Part shown: one piece after another, positions 1 to 10,123 of the stretch
How the letters are laid out: every line of letters starts with the position of its first letter
Position numbering within the stretch: position 1 is the stretch's first letter
Source of the DNA: Vulcanimicrobiota bacterium
Lineage (GTDB): Bacteria; Vulcanimicrobiota; Xenobia; Xenobiales; JADMJV01
Assembly (NCBI GenBank): GCA_050250895.1
Contig: JBFWNU010000003.1
Location: forward strand, 1-64,000
DNA: 64,000 nt
Direction of reading: 5' to 3'
Program-made: the position numbers and the translations under genes
The notes under the pieces: generated by a model
What the model was told of the DNA's origin: nothing
The model's database searches: none
Seen by the model: only the letters and a program-made list of their open reading frames with translations

Positions 1-3000
1 AGGCGCGTCGCGTGTGGGCTCCTCGGCTCTGGGCTGGTCGGCCATGGGCGGTTCTGGCTTTGGCGCGTCGGGTTTGGGCTGCTCGGTCTTCGGCTCGTCG
101 ACCTTAGGAGCGTCCGGCTTAGGCGCGTCGGGTTTGGGTTGCTCGGTCCTCGGCTCGTCGGCCTTAGGAGCGTCTGGCTTAGGCGCGTCGGGTTTGGGTT
201 GCTCAGTTTTGGGTTCGTCCGGCTTCGGGGCGTCCGGTTTAGGAGCGTCTGGCTTAGGCGCATCGGGTTTGGGCTGCTCGGTCTTCGGCTCATCGACCTT
301 AGGAGCGTCCGGCTTAGGCGCGTCGGGTTTGGGCTGCTCGGTCTTCGGCTCGTCCGCCTTAGGACCGTCTGGCTTAGGCGCGTCGGGTTTGGGTTGCTCG
401 GTCTTCGGCTCGTCGACCTTAGGAGCGTCCGGCTTAGGCGCGTCGGGTTTGGGTTGCTCGGTCTTCGGCTCGTCCGCCTTAGGAGCGTCTGGCTTAGGCG
501 CGTCGGGTTTGGGTTGCTCGGTCTTCGGCTCGTCGACCTTGGGAGCGTCCGGCTTAGGCGCGTCGGGTTTGGGCTGATCAGTTTTGGGTTCGTCCGTCTT
601 GGGAGTGTCCGTCTTGGGGACGTCAGCCTTTGGCTGGTCAGTCTTCGGTTCGTCCGGCTTCGGGGTGTCTGGTTTAGGGACATCCGTTTTGGGCTGATCC
701 GTCTTCGGCTCGTCCGGCTTGGGAGCGTCCGTCTTGGGGACATCAGTTTTGGGGACATCGGCCTTAGGCTCGTCTGTCTTTGGCGTGTCCGTTTTGGGAG
801 TGTCCGTTTTGGGCTGATCAGTCTTCGGCTCGTCAGGCTTCGGGGCGTCTGGTTTAGGGACATCCGTTTTGGGCTGATCCGTTTTCGGTTCGTCCGTCTT
901 GGGAGTGTCCGTCTTGGGGACGTCAGCCTTGGGCTGATCGGCCTTAGGCTCGTCGGTCTTGGGGGTGTCCGTCTTGGGTACGTCCGTTTTGGGCTGATCC
1001 GTTTTCGGTTCGTCCGTCTTGGGAGTGTCCGTCTTGGGGACGTCAGCCTTTGGCTGGTCCGTTTTCGGTTCGTCGGTCTTCGGGGTGTCCGTCTTGGGGA
1101 CGTCAGCCTTTGGCTGGTCTGTCTTCGGTTCGTCCGTCTTGGGAGTGTCCGTCTTGGGGACGTCCGTCTTCGGCTGATCAGTTTTGGGTTCGTCCGTCTT
1201 GGGGGTGTCCGTCTTGGGTACGTCAGCCTTGGGCTGATCCGTTTTCGGTTCGTCGGTCTTCGGGGTGTCCGTCTTGGGGACGTCAGCCTTTGGCTGGTCC
1301 GTCTTCGGTTCGTCGGCCTTGGGAGTGTCTGTCTTGGGGACGTCAGCCTTTGGCTGGTCCGTCTTCGGTTCGTCGGCCTTGGGCGTGTCTGTCTTGGGGA
1401 CGTCAGCCTTTGGCTGGTCCGTTTTCGGTTCGTCCGTCTTGGGAGTGTCCGGCTTGGGGACGTCCGTTTTGGGCTGGTCAGTTTTCGGTTCGTCGGTCTT
1501 CGGGGTGTCCGTCTTGGGGACGTCAGCCTTTGGCTGGTCCGTCTTCGGTTCGTCGGCCTTTGGGGTGTCCGTCTTGGGGACGTCCGTTTTGGGCTGATCA
1601 GTCTTCGGCTCGTCCGGCTTCGGGGCGTCCGGTTTAGGGACATCCGTTTTGGGCTGATCCGTTTTCGGTTCGTCCGTCTTGGGGACGTCAGCCTTTGGCT
1701 GATCCGTTTTGGGTTCGTCCGTCTTGGGGGTGTCCGTCTTGGGGACGTCCGTTTTGGGCTGATCAGTCTTCGGCTCGTCCGGCTTCGGGGCGTCCGGTTT
1801 AGGGACATCCGTTTTGGGCTGGTCAGTTTTCGGTTCGTCGGTCTTCGGGGTGTCCGTCTTGGGGACGTCAGCCTTTGGCTGGTCCGTTTTGGGTTCGTCT
1901 GTCTTGGGAGTGTCCGTCTTAGGGACGTCAGCCTTTGGCTGGTCCGTCTTGGGTTCGTCGGTCTTGGGGGTGTCCGTCTTGGGCTGATCAGTTTTGGGAG
2001 TGTCCGTCTTGGGGACGTCAGCCTTTGGCTGGTCCGTCTTCGGTTCGTCCGTCTTGGGGGTGTCCGTCTTGGGGACGTCCGTTTTGGGCTGATCAGTCTT
2101 CGGCTCGTCCGGCTTCGGGGCGTCCGGTTTAGGGACATCCGTTTTGGGCTGATCAGTTTTCGGTTCGTCCGTCTTGGGAGTGTCCGTCTTGGGGATGTCA
2201 GCCTTTGGCTGATCAGTCTTGGGTTCGTCGGTCTTGGGGGTGTCCGTCTTGGGCTGATCAGTTTTGGGTTCGTCCGTCTTGGGCTGGTCAGCCTTGGGTT
2301 GATCGGCCTTAGGCTCGTCGGCCTTTGGGGTGTCCGTTTTGGGCTGATCAGTTTTGGGAGTGTCCGTCTTGGGGACGTCAGCCTTTGGCTGGTCCGTCTT
2401 CGGTTCGTCCGTCTTGGTAGTGTCCGTCTTGGGCTGATCAGTTTTCGGTTGATCGGTCTTGGGAGTGTCCGTCTTGGGGACGTCCGCTTTGGGCTGGTCA
2501 GTTTTCGGTTCGTCGGTCTTGGGGGTGTCCGGCTTGGGGACATCAGTTTTGGGGACATCGGCCTTAGGCTCGTCTGTCTTTGGCGTGTCCGTTTTGGGAG
2601 TGTCCGTTTTGGGCTGATCAGTCTTCGGCTCGTCAGGCTTCGGGGCGTCCGGTTTAGGGACATCCGTTTTGGGCTGATCCGTTTTCGGTTCGTCCGGCTT
2701 CGGAGCGTCCGTCTTGGGGACATCAGCCTTTGGCTGGTCCGTTTTCGGTTCGTCCGTCTTGGGAGTGTCCGTCTTGGGGACGTCAGCCTTTGGCTGGTCC
2801 GTTTTCGGTTCGTCCGACTTGGGAGTGTCCGTCTTGGGGACGTCCGTTTTGGGCTGATCGGTTTGCGGTTCGTCGGTCTTGGGGGTGTCCGTCTTGGGGA
2901 CGTCAGCCTTTGGCTGGTCAGTCTTGGGTTCGTCCGTCTTGGGAGTGTCCGTCTTGGGGACGTCAGCCTTTGGTTGGTCCGTTTTCGGTTCGTCCGACTT

Positions 3001-5590
3001 GGGAGTGTCCGTCTTGGGGACGTCCGCTTTGGGCTGGTCAGTTTTCGGTTCGTCGGTCTTGGGGGTGTCCGGCTTGGGGACGTCCGTTTTGGGCTGGTCA
3101 GTTTTCGGTTCGTCCGTCTTGGGAGTGTCCGTCTTGGGGACGTCAGCCTTTGGCTGGTCCGTCTTGGGTTGATCGGTCTTTGGCGTGTCCGTTTTGGGAG
3201 TGTCCGTCTTGGGCTGATCAGTTTTCGGTTGATCGGTCTTGGGAGTGTCCGTCTTGGGGACGTCAGCCTTTGGCTGGTCAGTCTTCGGTTCGTCGGTCTT
3301 GGGGACATCGGCCTTAGGCTCGTCTGTCTTGGGAGTGTCCGTCTTGGGGATGTCGGCCATAGGCTCGTCGGTCTTTGGCGTGTCCGTTTTGGGAGTGTCC
3401 GCCCTGGGGACATCCGTCTTCGGCTGGTCAGCCTTGGGTTGATCGGCCTTTGGTTCGTCGGTCTTGGGAGTCTCCGTCTTGGGAACGTCGGTTTTGGGGA
3501 CCTCGGCCTTTGGCTGGTCCGTCTTGGGTTGATCGGTCTTTGGCGCGTCAGCTTTGGGTTCGTCCGTCTTGGGAACGTCGGTTTTGGGAACCTCGGCCTT
3601 TGGCTCGTCGGTCTTGGGAGTCTCCGTCTTGGGAACGTCGGTTTTGGGGACCTCGGCCTTTGGCTCGTCCGTCTTGGGGACATCCGTCTTCGGCTGGTCA
3701 GCCTTGGGTTGATCGGCCTTTGGTTCGTCGGTCTTGGGAGTCTCCGTCTTGGGGACGTCGGAGTTCGGGGTGTCGGCCTTCTTGGGAACGTCGGTTTTGG
3801 GAACCTCGGCCTTTGGTTCGTCCGTCTTGGGGACATCCGCCTTCGGCTGGTCAGCCTTGGGTTGATCGGCCTTGGGTTCGTCCGTCTTGGGAACATCCGT
3901 CTTGGGAACGTCGGTTTTGGGGACCTCGGCCTTTGGTTCGTCCGTCTTGGGGACATCCGTCTTCGGCTGGTCAGCCTTGGGTTGATCGGCCTTTGGTTCG
4001 TCGGTCTTGGGAGTCTCCGTCTTGGGAGCGTCGGTTTTGGGGACCTCGGCCTTTGGTTCGTCCGTCTTGGGGACATCCGTCTTCGGCTGGTCAGCCTTGG
4101 GCGTGTCCGTCTTGGGCGTATCCGTCTTGGGAACGTCGGTTTTGGGGACCTCGGCCTTTGGCTCGTCCGTCTTGGGGACATCCGTCTTCGACTGGTCAGC
4201 CTTGGGTTGATCGGCCTTGGGTTCTTCCGTCTTGGGAACATCCGTCTTGGGAACGTCGGTTTTGGGGACCTCGGCCTTTGGCTGGTCCGTCTTGGGTTGA
4301 TCGGTCTTTGGCGCGTCAGCTTTGGGTTCGTCCGTCTTGGGAACGTCGGTTTTGGGAACCTCGGCCTTTGGCTCGTCGGTCTTGGGAGTCTCCGTCTTGG
4401 GAACGTCGGTTTTGGGGACCTCGGCCTTTGGCTCGTCCGTCTTGGGGACATCCGTCTTCGGCTGGTCAGCCTTGGGTTGATCGGCCTTTGGTTCGTCGGT
4501 CTTGGGAGTCTCCGTCTTGGGGACGTCGGAGTTCGGGGTGTCGGCCTTCGGGTTGTCCGCTTTGGGACCGCCAGTCTTTGGCGCCTCAGCTTTGGGTTCG
4601 TCCGTCTTGGGGACATCCGTCTTCGGCTGGTCAGCCTTGGGTTGATCGGCCTTTGGTTCGTCGGTCTTGGGAGTCTCCGTCTTGGGGACGTCGGAGTTCG
4701 GGGTGTCGGTCTTCGGGGTGTCCGCTTTGAGACCGCCAGTCTTTGGCGCCTCAGCTTTGGGAACGTCGGTTTTGGGAACCTCGGCCTTTGGTTCATCCGT
4801 CTTGGGAACATCCGTCTTGGGAACGTCGGTTTTGGGGACCTCGGCCTTTGGCTCGTCCGTCTTGGGGACATCCGTCTTCGGCTGGTCAGTCTTGGGTTGA
4901 TCGGCCTTTGGCTCGTCGGTCTTGGGAGTCTCCGTCTTGGGAACGTCGGTTTTGGGGACCTCGGCCTTTGGCTCGTCCGTCTTGGGGACATCCGTCTTCG
5001 GCTGGTCAGCCTTGGGTTGATCGGCCTTTGGTTCGTCGGTCTTGGGAGTCTCCGTCTTGGGGACGTCGGAGTTCGGGGTGTCGGCCTTCGGGGTGTCGGC
5101 CTTCGGGGTGTCCGCTTTGGGACCGCCAGTCTTTGGCGCCTCAGCTTTGGGTTCGTCCGTCTTGGGGACATCCGTCTTCGGCTGGTCAGCCTTGGGTTCG
5201 TCCGTCTTGGGAACGTCGGTTTTGGGAACCTCGGCCTTAGGTTCGTCCGTCTTGGGCGTATCCGTCTTGGGAACGTCGGTCTTCGGCTGGTCAGCCTTGG
5301 GTTGATCGGCCTTTGGCTCGTCGGTCTTGGGAGTCTCCGTCTTGGGGATGTCGGAGTTCGGGGTGTCGGCCTTCGGGGTGTCCGCTTTCGGGGTGTCCGC
5401 TTTGGGACCGCCAGTCTTTGGCGCCTCAGCTTTGGGAACGTCGGTTTTGGGAACCTCGGCCTTTGGTTCGTCCGTCTTGGGCGTATCCGTCTTGGGAACG
5501 TCGGTTTTGGGGACCTCGGCCTTTGGCCCGTCCGTCTTTGGGACATCCGTCTTGGGATAAGCAGGCTTAGGCTCTTCGGTCTTAGGGCCT
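1..5590 (-). repeat. 15-bp tandem repeat array (about 370 units) encoding P-K-x-D/E-x
   Basis: 15-nt periodicity of ...GTCTTGGG... visible throughout; higher-order blocks; one extra AAG codon at 3781-3783 keeps the frame. Confidence 0.95.
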
Positions 5591-6258
5591 TGCGCCCTGG
5601 GGGTGCCAGCCTTCAGTTTGTCGGTCCACGCCCCAGAGCTGTCCGTTTCGGCTTTGGGAGCGCCAGCCGCGGCCGTCGTGGGGGCTCCGTCTTTGGACTC
5701 GGCCCTCGAACCGGCCAGTTCGGTTCTGGCCAACTCGTCGCTGACCGTTCCCCCAGTTCGCGGCGGCGTGGCCGTGCGGTCGGCATCACCACACTCGGCT
5801 GGAACCACCTCGGCGGTCTGACCCGAATCGATTTGCCTGGCAATGGTTTCTAGTTCGGCCTTGCCGAGGCGCTGGAGCAGGTCCTGGGGCATCGGTCCCA
5901 ACTCGCCCCTCGCCAGTTCAGACGGCAGGGTCGTCCGGGTGGTGGTGGGTTGCGGGGGCAGCTTCGGGAGCGTGGTGGCTTTAGGTTGGGATGAAGGCAG
6001 GTCTGGATCGGGTTGTTCGAGGTCGACATCGTCAAAAAAATCGAACTCACGGTCCTGAAGCGCGGCCCACACTTCCGACAGTTCGGTAGCGGCAACCTTG
6101 CTCAGAGCTCGGACCTCGGCGTTATAGTCGGTTTCGAGCTTGAACCAGCCGTTGGCATCCGCCACCTGGGCGGGCTCGCTAGAAACGGCCGGAAGCGGGC
6201 GGGGAAGCCCGGTGACGCCGAGGTTGAAGTTCGGGCTCGAGCCGATGCCTTCGGTCAT
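1..6258 (-). CDS. Giant PKTDx pentapeptide-repeat protein (>2,085 aa, runs off the window start)
   Basis: ATG at 6258 preceded by AAAGGGGGAG. Hand translation gives MTEGIGSSPNFNLG..., then PKTDV/PKTDE/PKADQ/PKPDA repeats in one frame to base 1 with no stop seen. Absent from the ORF track because the stop lies outside the window. Confidence 0.9.
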   Translation of the reverse strand, partial: MTEGIGSSPNFNLGVTGLPRPLPAVSSEPAQVADANGWFKLETDYNAEVRALSKVAATELSEVWAALQDREFDFFDDVDLEQPDPDLPSSQPKATTLPKLPPQPTTTRTTLPSELARGELGPMPQDLLQRLGKAELETIARQIDSGQTAEVVPAECGDADRTATPPRTGGTVSDELARTELAGSRAESKDGAPTTAAAGAPKAETDSSGAWTDKLKAGTPRAQGPKTEEPKPAYPKTDVPKTDGPKAEVPKTDVPKTDTPKTDEPKAEVPKTDVPKAEAPKTGGPKADTPKADTPKADTPNSDIPKTETPKTDEPKADQPKADQPKTDVPKTDTPKTDEPKAEVPKTDVPKTDEPKADQPKTDVPKTDEPKAEAPKTGGPKADTPKADTPKADTPNSDVPKTETPKTDEPKADQPKADQPKTDVPKTDEPKAEVPKTDVPKTETPKTDEPKADQPKTDQPKTDVPKTDEPKAEVPKTDVPKTDVPKTDEPKAEVPKTDVPKAEAPKTGGLKADTPKTDTPNSDVPKTETPKTDEPKADQPKADQPKTDVPKTDEPKAEAPKTGGPKADNPKADTPNSDVPKTETPKTDEPKADQPKADQPKTDVPKTDEPKAEVPKTDVPKTETPKTDEPKAEVPKTDVPKTDEPKADAPKTDQPKTDQPKAEVPKTDVPKTDVPKTEEPKADQPKADQSKTDVPKTDEPKAEVPKTDVPKTDTPKTDTPKADQPKTDVPKTDEPKAEVPKTDAPKTETPKTDEPKADQPKADQPKTDVPKTDEPKAEVPKTDVPKTDVPKTDEPKADQPKADQPKADVPKTDEPKAEVPKTDVPKKADTPNSDVPKTETPKTDEPKADQPKADQPKTDVPKTDEPKAEVPKTDVPKTETPKTDEPKAEVPKTDVPKTDEPKADAPKTDQPKTDQPKAEVPKTDVPKTETPKTDEPKADQPKADQPKTDVPRADTPKTDTPKTDEPMADIPKTDTPKTDEPKADVPKTDEPKTDQPKADVPKTDTPKTDQPKTDQPKTDTPKTDTPKTDQPKTDQPKADVPKTDTPKTDEPKTDQPKTDVPKPDTPKTDEPKTDQPKADVPKTDTPKSDEPKTDQPKADVPKTDTPKTDEPKTDQPKADVPKTDTPKTDEPQTDQPKTDVPKTDTPKSDEPKTDQPKADVPKTDTPKTDEPKTDQPKADVPKTDAPKPDEPKTDQPKTDVPKPDAPKPDEPKTDQPKTDTPKTDTPKTDEPKADVPKTDVPKPDTPKTDEPKTDQPKADVPKTDTPKTDQPKTDQPKTDTTKTDEPKTDQPKADVPKTDTPKTDQPKTDTPKADEPKADQPKADQPKTDEPKTDQPKTDTPKTDEPKTDQPKADIPKTDTPKTDEPKTDQPKTDVPKPDAPKPDEPKTDQPKTDVPKTDTPKTDEPKTDQPKADVPKTDTPKTDQPKTDTPKTDEPKTDQPKADVPKTDTPKTDEPKTDQPKADVPKTDTPKTDEPKTDQPKTDVPKPDAPKPDEPKTDQPKTDVPKTDTPKTDEPKTDQPKADVPKTDEPKTDQPKTDVPKPDAPKPDEPKTDQPKTDVPKTDTPKADEPKTDQPKADVPKTDTPKTDEPKTDQPKTDVPKPDTPKTDEPKTDQPKADVPKTDTPKADEPKTDQPKADVPKTDTPKADEPKTDQPKADVPKTDTPKTDEPKTDQPKADVPKTDTPKTDEPKTDQPKTDVPKTDTPKTDEPKTDQPKADVPKTDTPKTDEPKTDQPKADVPKTDTPKTDEPKTDQPKTDVPKTDTPKTDEPKADQPKADVPKTDTPKTDEPKTDQPKTDVPKPDAPKPDEPKTDQPKTDTPKTDTPKTDEPKADVPKTDVPKTDAPKPDEPKTDQPKTDVPKPDTPKPDEPKTDQPKADVPKTDTPKTDEPKTDQPKPDAPKPDAPKVDEPKTEQPKPDAPKPDAPKADEPKTEQPKPDAPKPDAPKVDEPKTEQPKPDAPKPDGPKADEPKTEQPKPDAPKPDAPKVDEPKTEQPKPDAPKPDAPKPDAPKPDEPKTEQPKPDAPKPDAPKADEPRTEQPKPDAPKPDAPKVDEPKTEQPKPDAPKPEPPMADQPRAEEPTRDAP

Positions 6259-6355
6259 AGCTCCCCCTTTCGCCCAAAGTTAGCAGAAAGGCGGTGCCAG
6301 CGTGAGCCGGCCTGATGACACCTCAGACGGCATGACCGAACCCTCCTGCCCTTTT

Positions 6356-6418
6356 AGTATAACGTAGGGGATCCCCCAAGACTCTCTCAGCAGGTTGCCA
6401 TTGTTAAAATGTTGTTAA
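6356..6418 (-). promoter_or_regulatory. Promoter of the giant repeat gene: TTAACAA-N4-TTAACAA direct repeat plus TATACT -10
   Basis: Boxes at 6418-6412 and 6407-6401 (11-bp period); -10 at 6361-6356; same architecture at 51390-51453. Confidence 0.55.
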
Positions 6419-6456
6419 TTTTTTGCTACGACCGGCCTTCCGTGACCAAGAGATTT

Positions 6457-7164
6457 TCACACCATCGGCAGGGTCCACATGATGTGCTTGGCCGCTTCGG
6501 GCGGTGTTTCGACCGGTCGATGAGTAGGGCCGTCGGCCACTAGATGGCCGTCTTCAAGACTCAGGCCTTTGCGTTCAATGCCTTCACAATAGTGCGAAAG
6601 AAGAAAGCCAGGTCGCTGGATCTCCGCCAGGGTCACCTCCCGCGTCGGTGCAAAGGCTTCGACCATCAACTGCGGTTGGTCGGTGTCCATATACTGGAAC
6701 GAAACGTCATCGTGAGAACCTTTCCAGCGATTGGCCTTCATGATCTCGGGGCTGGCCTGGCACAGCACATCTAGATCCGAGCGGGCTCCGAACCGTCCCC
6801 GTTCCAGGCTCCCGGCCAGATAGAACTTGCAAGGATAGGGGTGACTCGCCTGAACAATCGCGGCCGCTTCCTGTTTCAGTTGGGCATCCAGAACTTCCAG
6901 GCGGTCCAGGACCTCCTGATCGGTATAGGGGCGATGGCGGATATCCCGCCACAACTTCGGGACCAGGTGATGAGGGCCATTAGCGAAGGCGCCGTTGAGC
7001 CCTTCCAGCAAGCTTTCCCGGGGGAGGCTATCGAGGCTCTCGACGAAATCCGGCTTGAACTGGGTCAGCAGGTGGGTCACGTTTTCGCGCAGGATGGTGT
7101 AGTTCGGCCCGCGCCGCCCCGCCGCCTCGAGCAGCCTTCCAGCCACCTTCGCCTGGATATCCAT
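6457..7164 (-). CDS. Protein with C-terminal minimal nucleotidyltransferase (Pol beta-like) domain
   Basis: YLAGSLERGRFGARSDLDVL matches the GS...DxD motif. Confidence 0.7.
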   Translation of the reverse strand: MDIQAKVAGRLLEAAGRRGPNYTILRENVTHLLTQFKPDFVESLDSLPRESLLEGLNGAFANGPHHLVPKLWRDIRHRPYTDQEVLDRLEVLDAQLKQEAAAIVQASHPYPCKFYLAGSLERGRFGARSDLDVLCQASPEIMKANRWKGSHDDVSFQYMDTDQPQLMVEAFAPTREVTLAEIQRPGFLLSHYCEGIERKGLSLEDGHLVADGPTHRPVETPPEAAKHIMWTLPMV

Positions 7165-7237
7165 CCGTTGAGTTTGAGACAGGCTCGTTAAAGCCTCGTC
7201 ACGAGGGGGACCAGTTCAAAGCCAAGAAGGGCCGTCT

Positions 7238-9316
7238 ATGAACATCGCCAACCAGATAGCCTCCGAGCTCAGAATCTCGGCTCGCCAGGTCGAGAGTGTG
7301 CTCGATCTGCTTGACGAGGGTTGCACCATCCCTTTCTTGGCCCGCTACCGCAAAGAGCGAACGGGAGGTCTCGACGAGGAACAACTCCGGCAGGTGGCAG
7401 CTCTCAAGTCCAGCCTCGAGGCCCTCGAGAGCCGAAAACAAGCCATCTTGAAGTCGCTGGAAGAACGCCAGCTGCTCGACGCCGAACTGAAGAGGGCGGT
7501 GTTGGCGGCCGACAACCTGACCACGCTCGAGGATGTCTATCTTCCCCATCGTCCCAAACGCAAGACCCGCGCCAGCACGGCCCGGGAGCTTGGGCTCGAG
7601 CCACTGGCTCGTCAAATGGTGGCTCAGCCGGGCGGCCCCCCTCCGCAGCAGGCCGCCAGCCAGTACCTCGGCGAAGGGATCGATTCGGTCGTGAAGGCCC
7701 TGGCCGGGGCCGGCGACATTGTGGCCGAGTGGGCGGCCGAGGACCCTGAGGTGCGCGCCACCGTGCGCGGTAAGGCCATGCGTTTCGGACGGTTGACGGC
7801 CAGTCTCAAGAAGGGGGCCGAAGACCCCAAGCAGACCTATCGAGCCTACTACGACTTCTCGAGCCCGGTCGGTCGGCTGCAGCCCCATCAGGTGTTGGCC
7901 ATCGACCGCGGCGAGCGGGAAAAGGTCCTCCGGGTGGGCCTGGAGATGGCCGAGTCGGATTGGCGCGAGCCGATGCAGCGCAAATTCAGGCCCAAATCGC
8001 ACTCGCCCTGGAGCGAATGTCTGCGACAGGCTCTCGATGAGGGGGCTAAGCGCCTTTTGCTGCCGGCCATCGAGCGCGAGGTTCGCAAGAGCCTGACCGA
8101 GACCGCTCAGGAGCACGCTATCGCTGTGTTTGCCACCAACCTCGAGTCGTTGCTGTTGGTGCCCCCTCTGGCCGAACGCACGGTGCTGGGGATCGATCCC
8201 GGCTTTCGCACCGGCTGCAAGATAGCCGTGGTCGACCCCACCGGAAAGCTGCTGGCTACCGACACCATCTATCCTCATCCACCGCAGAAGCAGTACCGCG
8301 AGAGTCTGAGCAAGCTACGGCGACTGGTGGAGCAGTACGCCGTCACGGTAGTAGCCATCGGCAACGGCACCGCCTCGCGGGAGAGCGAGAGCCTGGTCAC
8401 CGAGCTGGTGGAAAGTTGCCAGGGTCTGGCTTACCTGATTGTGAGCGAGGCCGGAGCGAGCGTCTATTCCGCCAGTCCTCTGGCCCGGGCCGAGTTGCCC
8501 GACCTGGACGTTTCCCTGCGCGGAGCCGTTTCGATTGCGCGCCGGGTGCTCGACCCCCTGGCCGAGCTGATCAAGATCGATCCCAAATCGGTCGGAGTCG
8601 GGATGTACCAGCATGACCTGGAAGAGTCAAAACTCGACACGGCGCTGGCGGCCGTGGTCGAGAGCGTGGTCCATCGCGTCGGGGTCGAACTCAACACCGC
8701 TTCGCCTACTCTGTTATCCCACCTGGGCGGTATCGGTCCCAAGACGGCCGAACGGATTGTCGCCTACCGCGACCAGCACGGCGCCTTTCGCAACCGGGCC
8801 AGTCTGCTGAAGGTCCAGGGAGTGGGGCCTAAAGCCTTCGAGCAGGCGGCAGGCTTCATCAGGGTTCGTGACGGCGACAACCCGCTGGATGCCACGGCCA
8901 TCCATCCGGAGAGCTATGCCGTGGCCGAAAGGGTCTTGCAGCTGACCCAGGGTCGCCTCGAGAATCTTGATGTAGGCCAGTTGGTGGGCCAGGTGCAGTG
9001 CCCTGAACCGACCCTGAGCGACATCCTGTCCCAGCTGAAAAAGCCGAGCCGCGACCCGAGGCTGGATCTGCCGGCTCCCATCCTGCGCCGCGAGGTGATG
9101 ACCCTGGACGATCTCGAACCGGGACTCCGCCTGCAAGGCACGGTGCGCAATGTGGTGGACTTTGGAGCCTTCGTCGATCTGGGTGTCAAACAGGACGGAT
9201 TGCTCCATCGCAGCCAGCTCCGGCGCCGGCAACTGGCGGTGGGCGAGGTGATCGAGTGCGAAATTCTCGAGGTCGATCGCGGACGAGGCCGCATCTCGCT
9301 GGGGCTAGTCGACTGA
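7238..9316 (+). CDS. tex: Tex/YhgF RNA-binding transcription accessory protein
   Basis: TIPFLARYRKERTGGLDE N-terminus, GIDPGFRTGCK YqgF domain, HhH and C-terminal S1 domain. Confidence 0.95.
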   Translation: MNIANQIASELRISARQVESVLDLLDEGCTIPFLARYRKERTGGLDEEQLRQVAALKSSLEALESRKQAILKSLEERQLLDAELKRAVLAADNLTTLEDVYLPHRPKRKTRASTARELGLEPLARQMVAQPGGPPPQQAASQYLGEGIDSVVKALAGAGDIVAEWAAEDPEVRATVRGKAMRFGRLTASLKKGAEDPKQTYRAYYDFSSPVGRLQPHQVLAIDRGEREKVLRVGLEMAESDWREPMQRKFRPKSHSPWSECLRQALDEGAKRLLLPAIEREVRKSLTETAQEHAIAVFATNLESLLLVPPLAERTVLGIDPGFRTGCKIAVVDPTGKLLATDTIYPHPPQKQYRESLSKLRRLVEQYAVTVVAIGNGTASRESESLVTELVESCQGLAYLIVSEAGASVYSASPLARAELPDLDVSLRGAVSIARRVLDPLAELIKIDPKSVGVGMYQHDLEESKLDTALAAVVESVVHRVGVELNTASPTLLSHLGGIGPKTAERIVAYRDQHGAFRNRASLLKVQGVGPKAFEQAAGFIRVRDGDNPLDATAIHPESYAVAERVLQLTQGRLENLDVGQLVGQVQCPEPTLSDILSQLKKPSRDPRLDLPAPILRREVMTLDDLEPGLRLQGTVRNVVDFGAFVDLGVKQDGLLHRSQLRRRQLAVGEVIECEILEVDRGRGRISLGLVD

Positions 9317-10087
9317 CCTGACCAGCTCGAGACAGGCCCACTCCTCGCGCTGGTTCTGAAAAACGCGGCGAAAGTCGGGAAAAAGAGCTAACGCTTCGTC
9401 GAGACGAGGTCGGAGGATGCCGCAGAGCAAGAGCTGTTGGCGGGCCAGGCGAGTCAGATCGGCATGGGTCTGCTGGAGGATTGGGACCGTGAGGTTGGCC
9501 ACCACCGTGTCGAAAGCCGCGGGAGGCGGGGTGTCATAGACGGTCGCCGACAGGCCGTTGAGTTCGAAGTTGCGCCGGGCCGTCTCGACGGCTGAGGGGT
9601 TGACATCGTAGCCAGCCACAGGGTTGGCTCCTAATCGGGCGGCGGCCAGGGCTAGAATACCAGCACCACAGCCAAAATCCAGCAAGGAGCCCCCCAGGTC
9701 CATCTCTTCTAGCCTCTCCAGGCAGAGCTGGGTGGTGGGGTGCCGGCCAGTGCCGAAAGCTGGTCCCGGCGGAATTACGATGACCAGACGCGACGACTCG
9801 ATCGGCTCGGGCGCGATGAGCAGGCGCTGGCCCACTTCGATCGGCCCGCTGGCCGGCGGCTGATGCCAACTGATTTGGAGAATTCTGCTGGTGAAGCCGA
9901 ACTGTTCCGCCAGACGGCCCAGCTGCCGGCGCCGTAGTTGCCAGACGCCTTCCAGCGGAATCTCCACCTTGAGGAGGCCTGACTCGACCTCGGCAAAGGA
10001 GAAACCGTCTTCGGCCAGCGCCCGGGCAAGGCCCGGAAAGTCGTCCTCGGCGCCCGCCAGTTCAAGTTGCAAGAAGCTCTCGGGCAC
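9305..10087 (-). CDS. prmA: Ribosomal protein L11 methyltransferase
   Basis: PGPAFGTGRHPTTQLCL and LDFGCGAGILA motifs. Confidence 0.88.
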   Translation of the reverse strand: MPESFLQLELAGAEDDFPGLARALAEDGFSFAEVESGLLKVEIPLEGVWQLRRRQLGRLAEQFGFTSRILQISWHQPPASGPIEVGQRLLIAPEPIESSRLVIVIPPGPAFGTGRHPTTQLCLERLEEMDLGGSLLDFGCGAGILALAAARLGANPVAGYDVNPSAVETARRNFELNGLSATVYDTPPPAAFDTVVANLTVPILQQTHADLTRLARQQLLLCGILRPRLDEALALFPDFRRVFQNQREEWACLELVRSVD

Positions 10088-10123
10088 GCTCTAGGATGAC
10101 CAGGGCCTGGATAACATGGGAAC

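Noticed and set aside
1-5590. Possible CRISPR array
   Set aside because: Contiguous 15-bp coding units without unique spacers; no cas genes in the window.
139-5853. 1904-aa plus-strand ORF (RLG/VRL repeats) and the many nested ORFs
   Set aside because: Antisense shadows of the minus-strand PKTDx gene; the repeat lacks stops in these frames, and the RBS, promoter and unique N-terminus belong to the minus strand.
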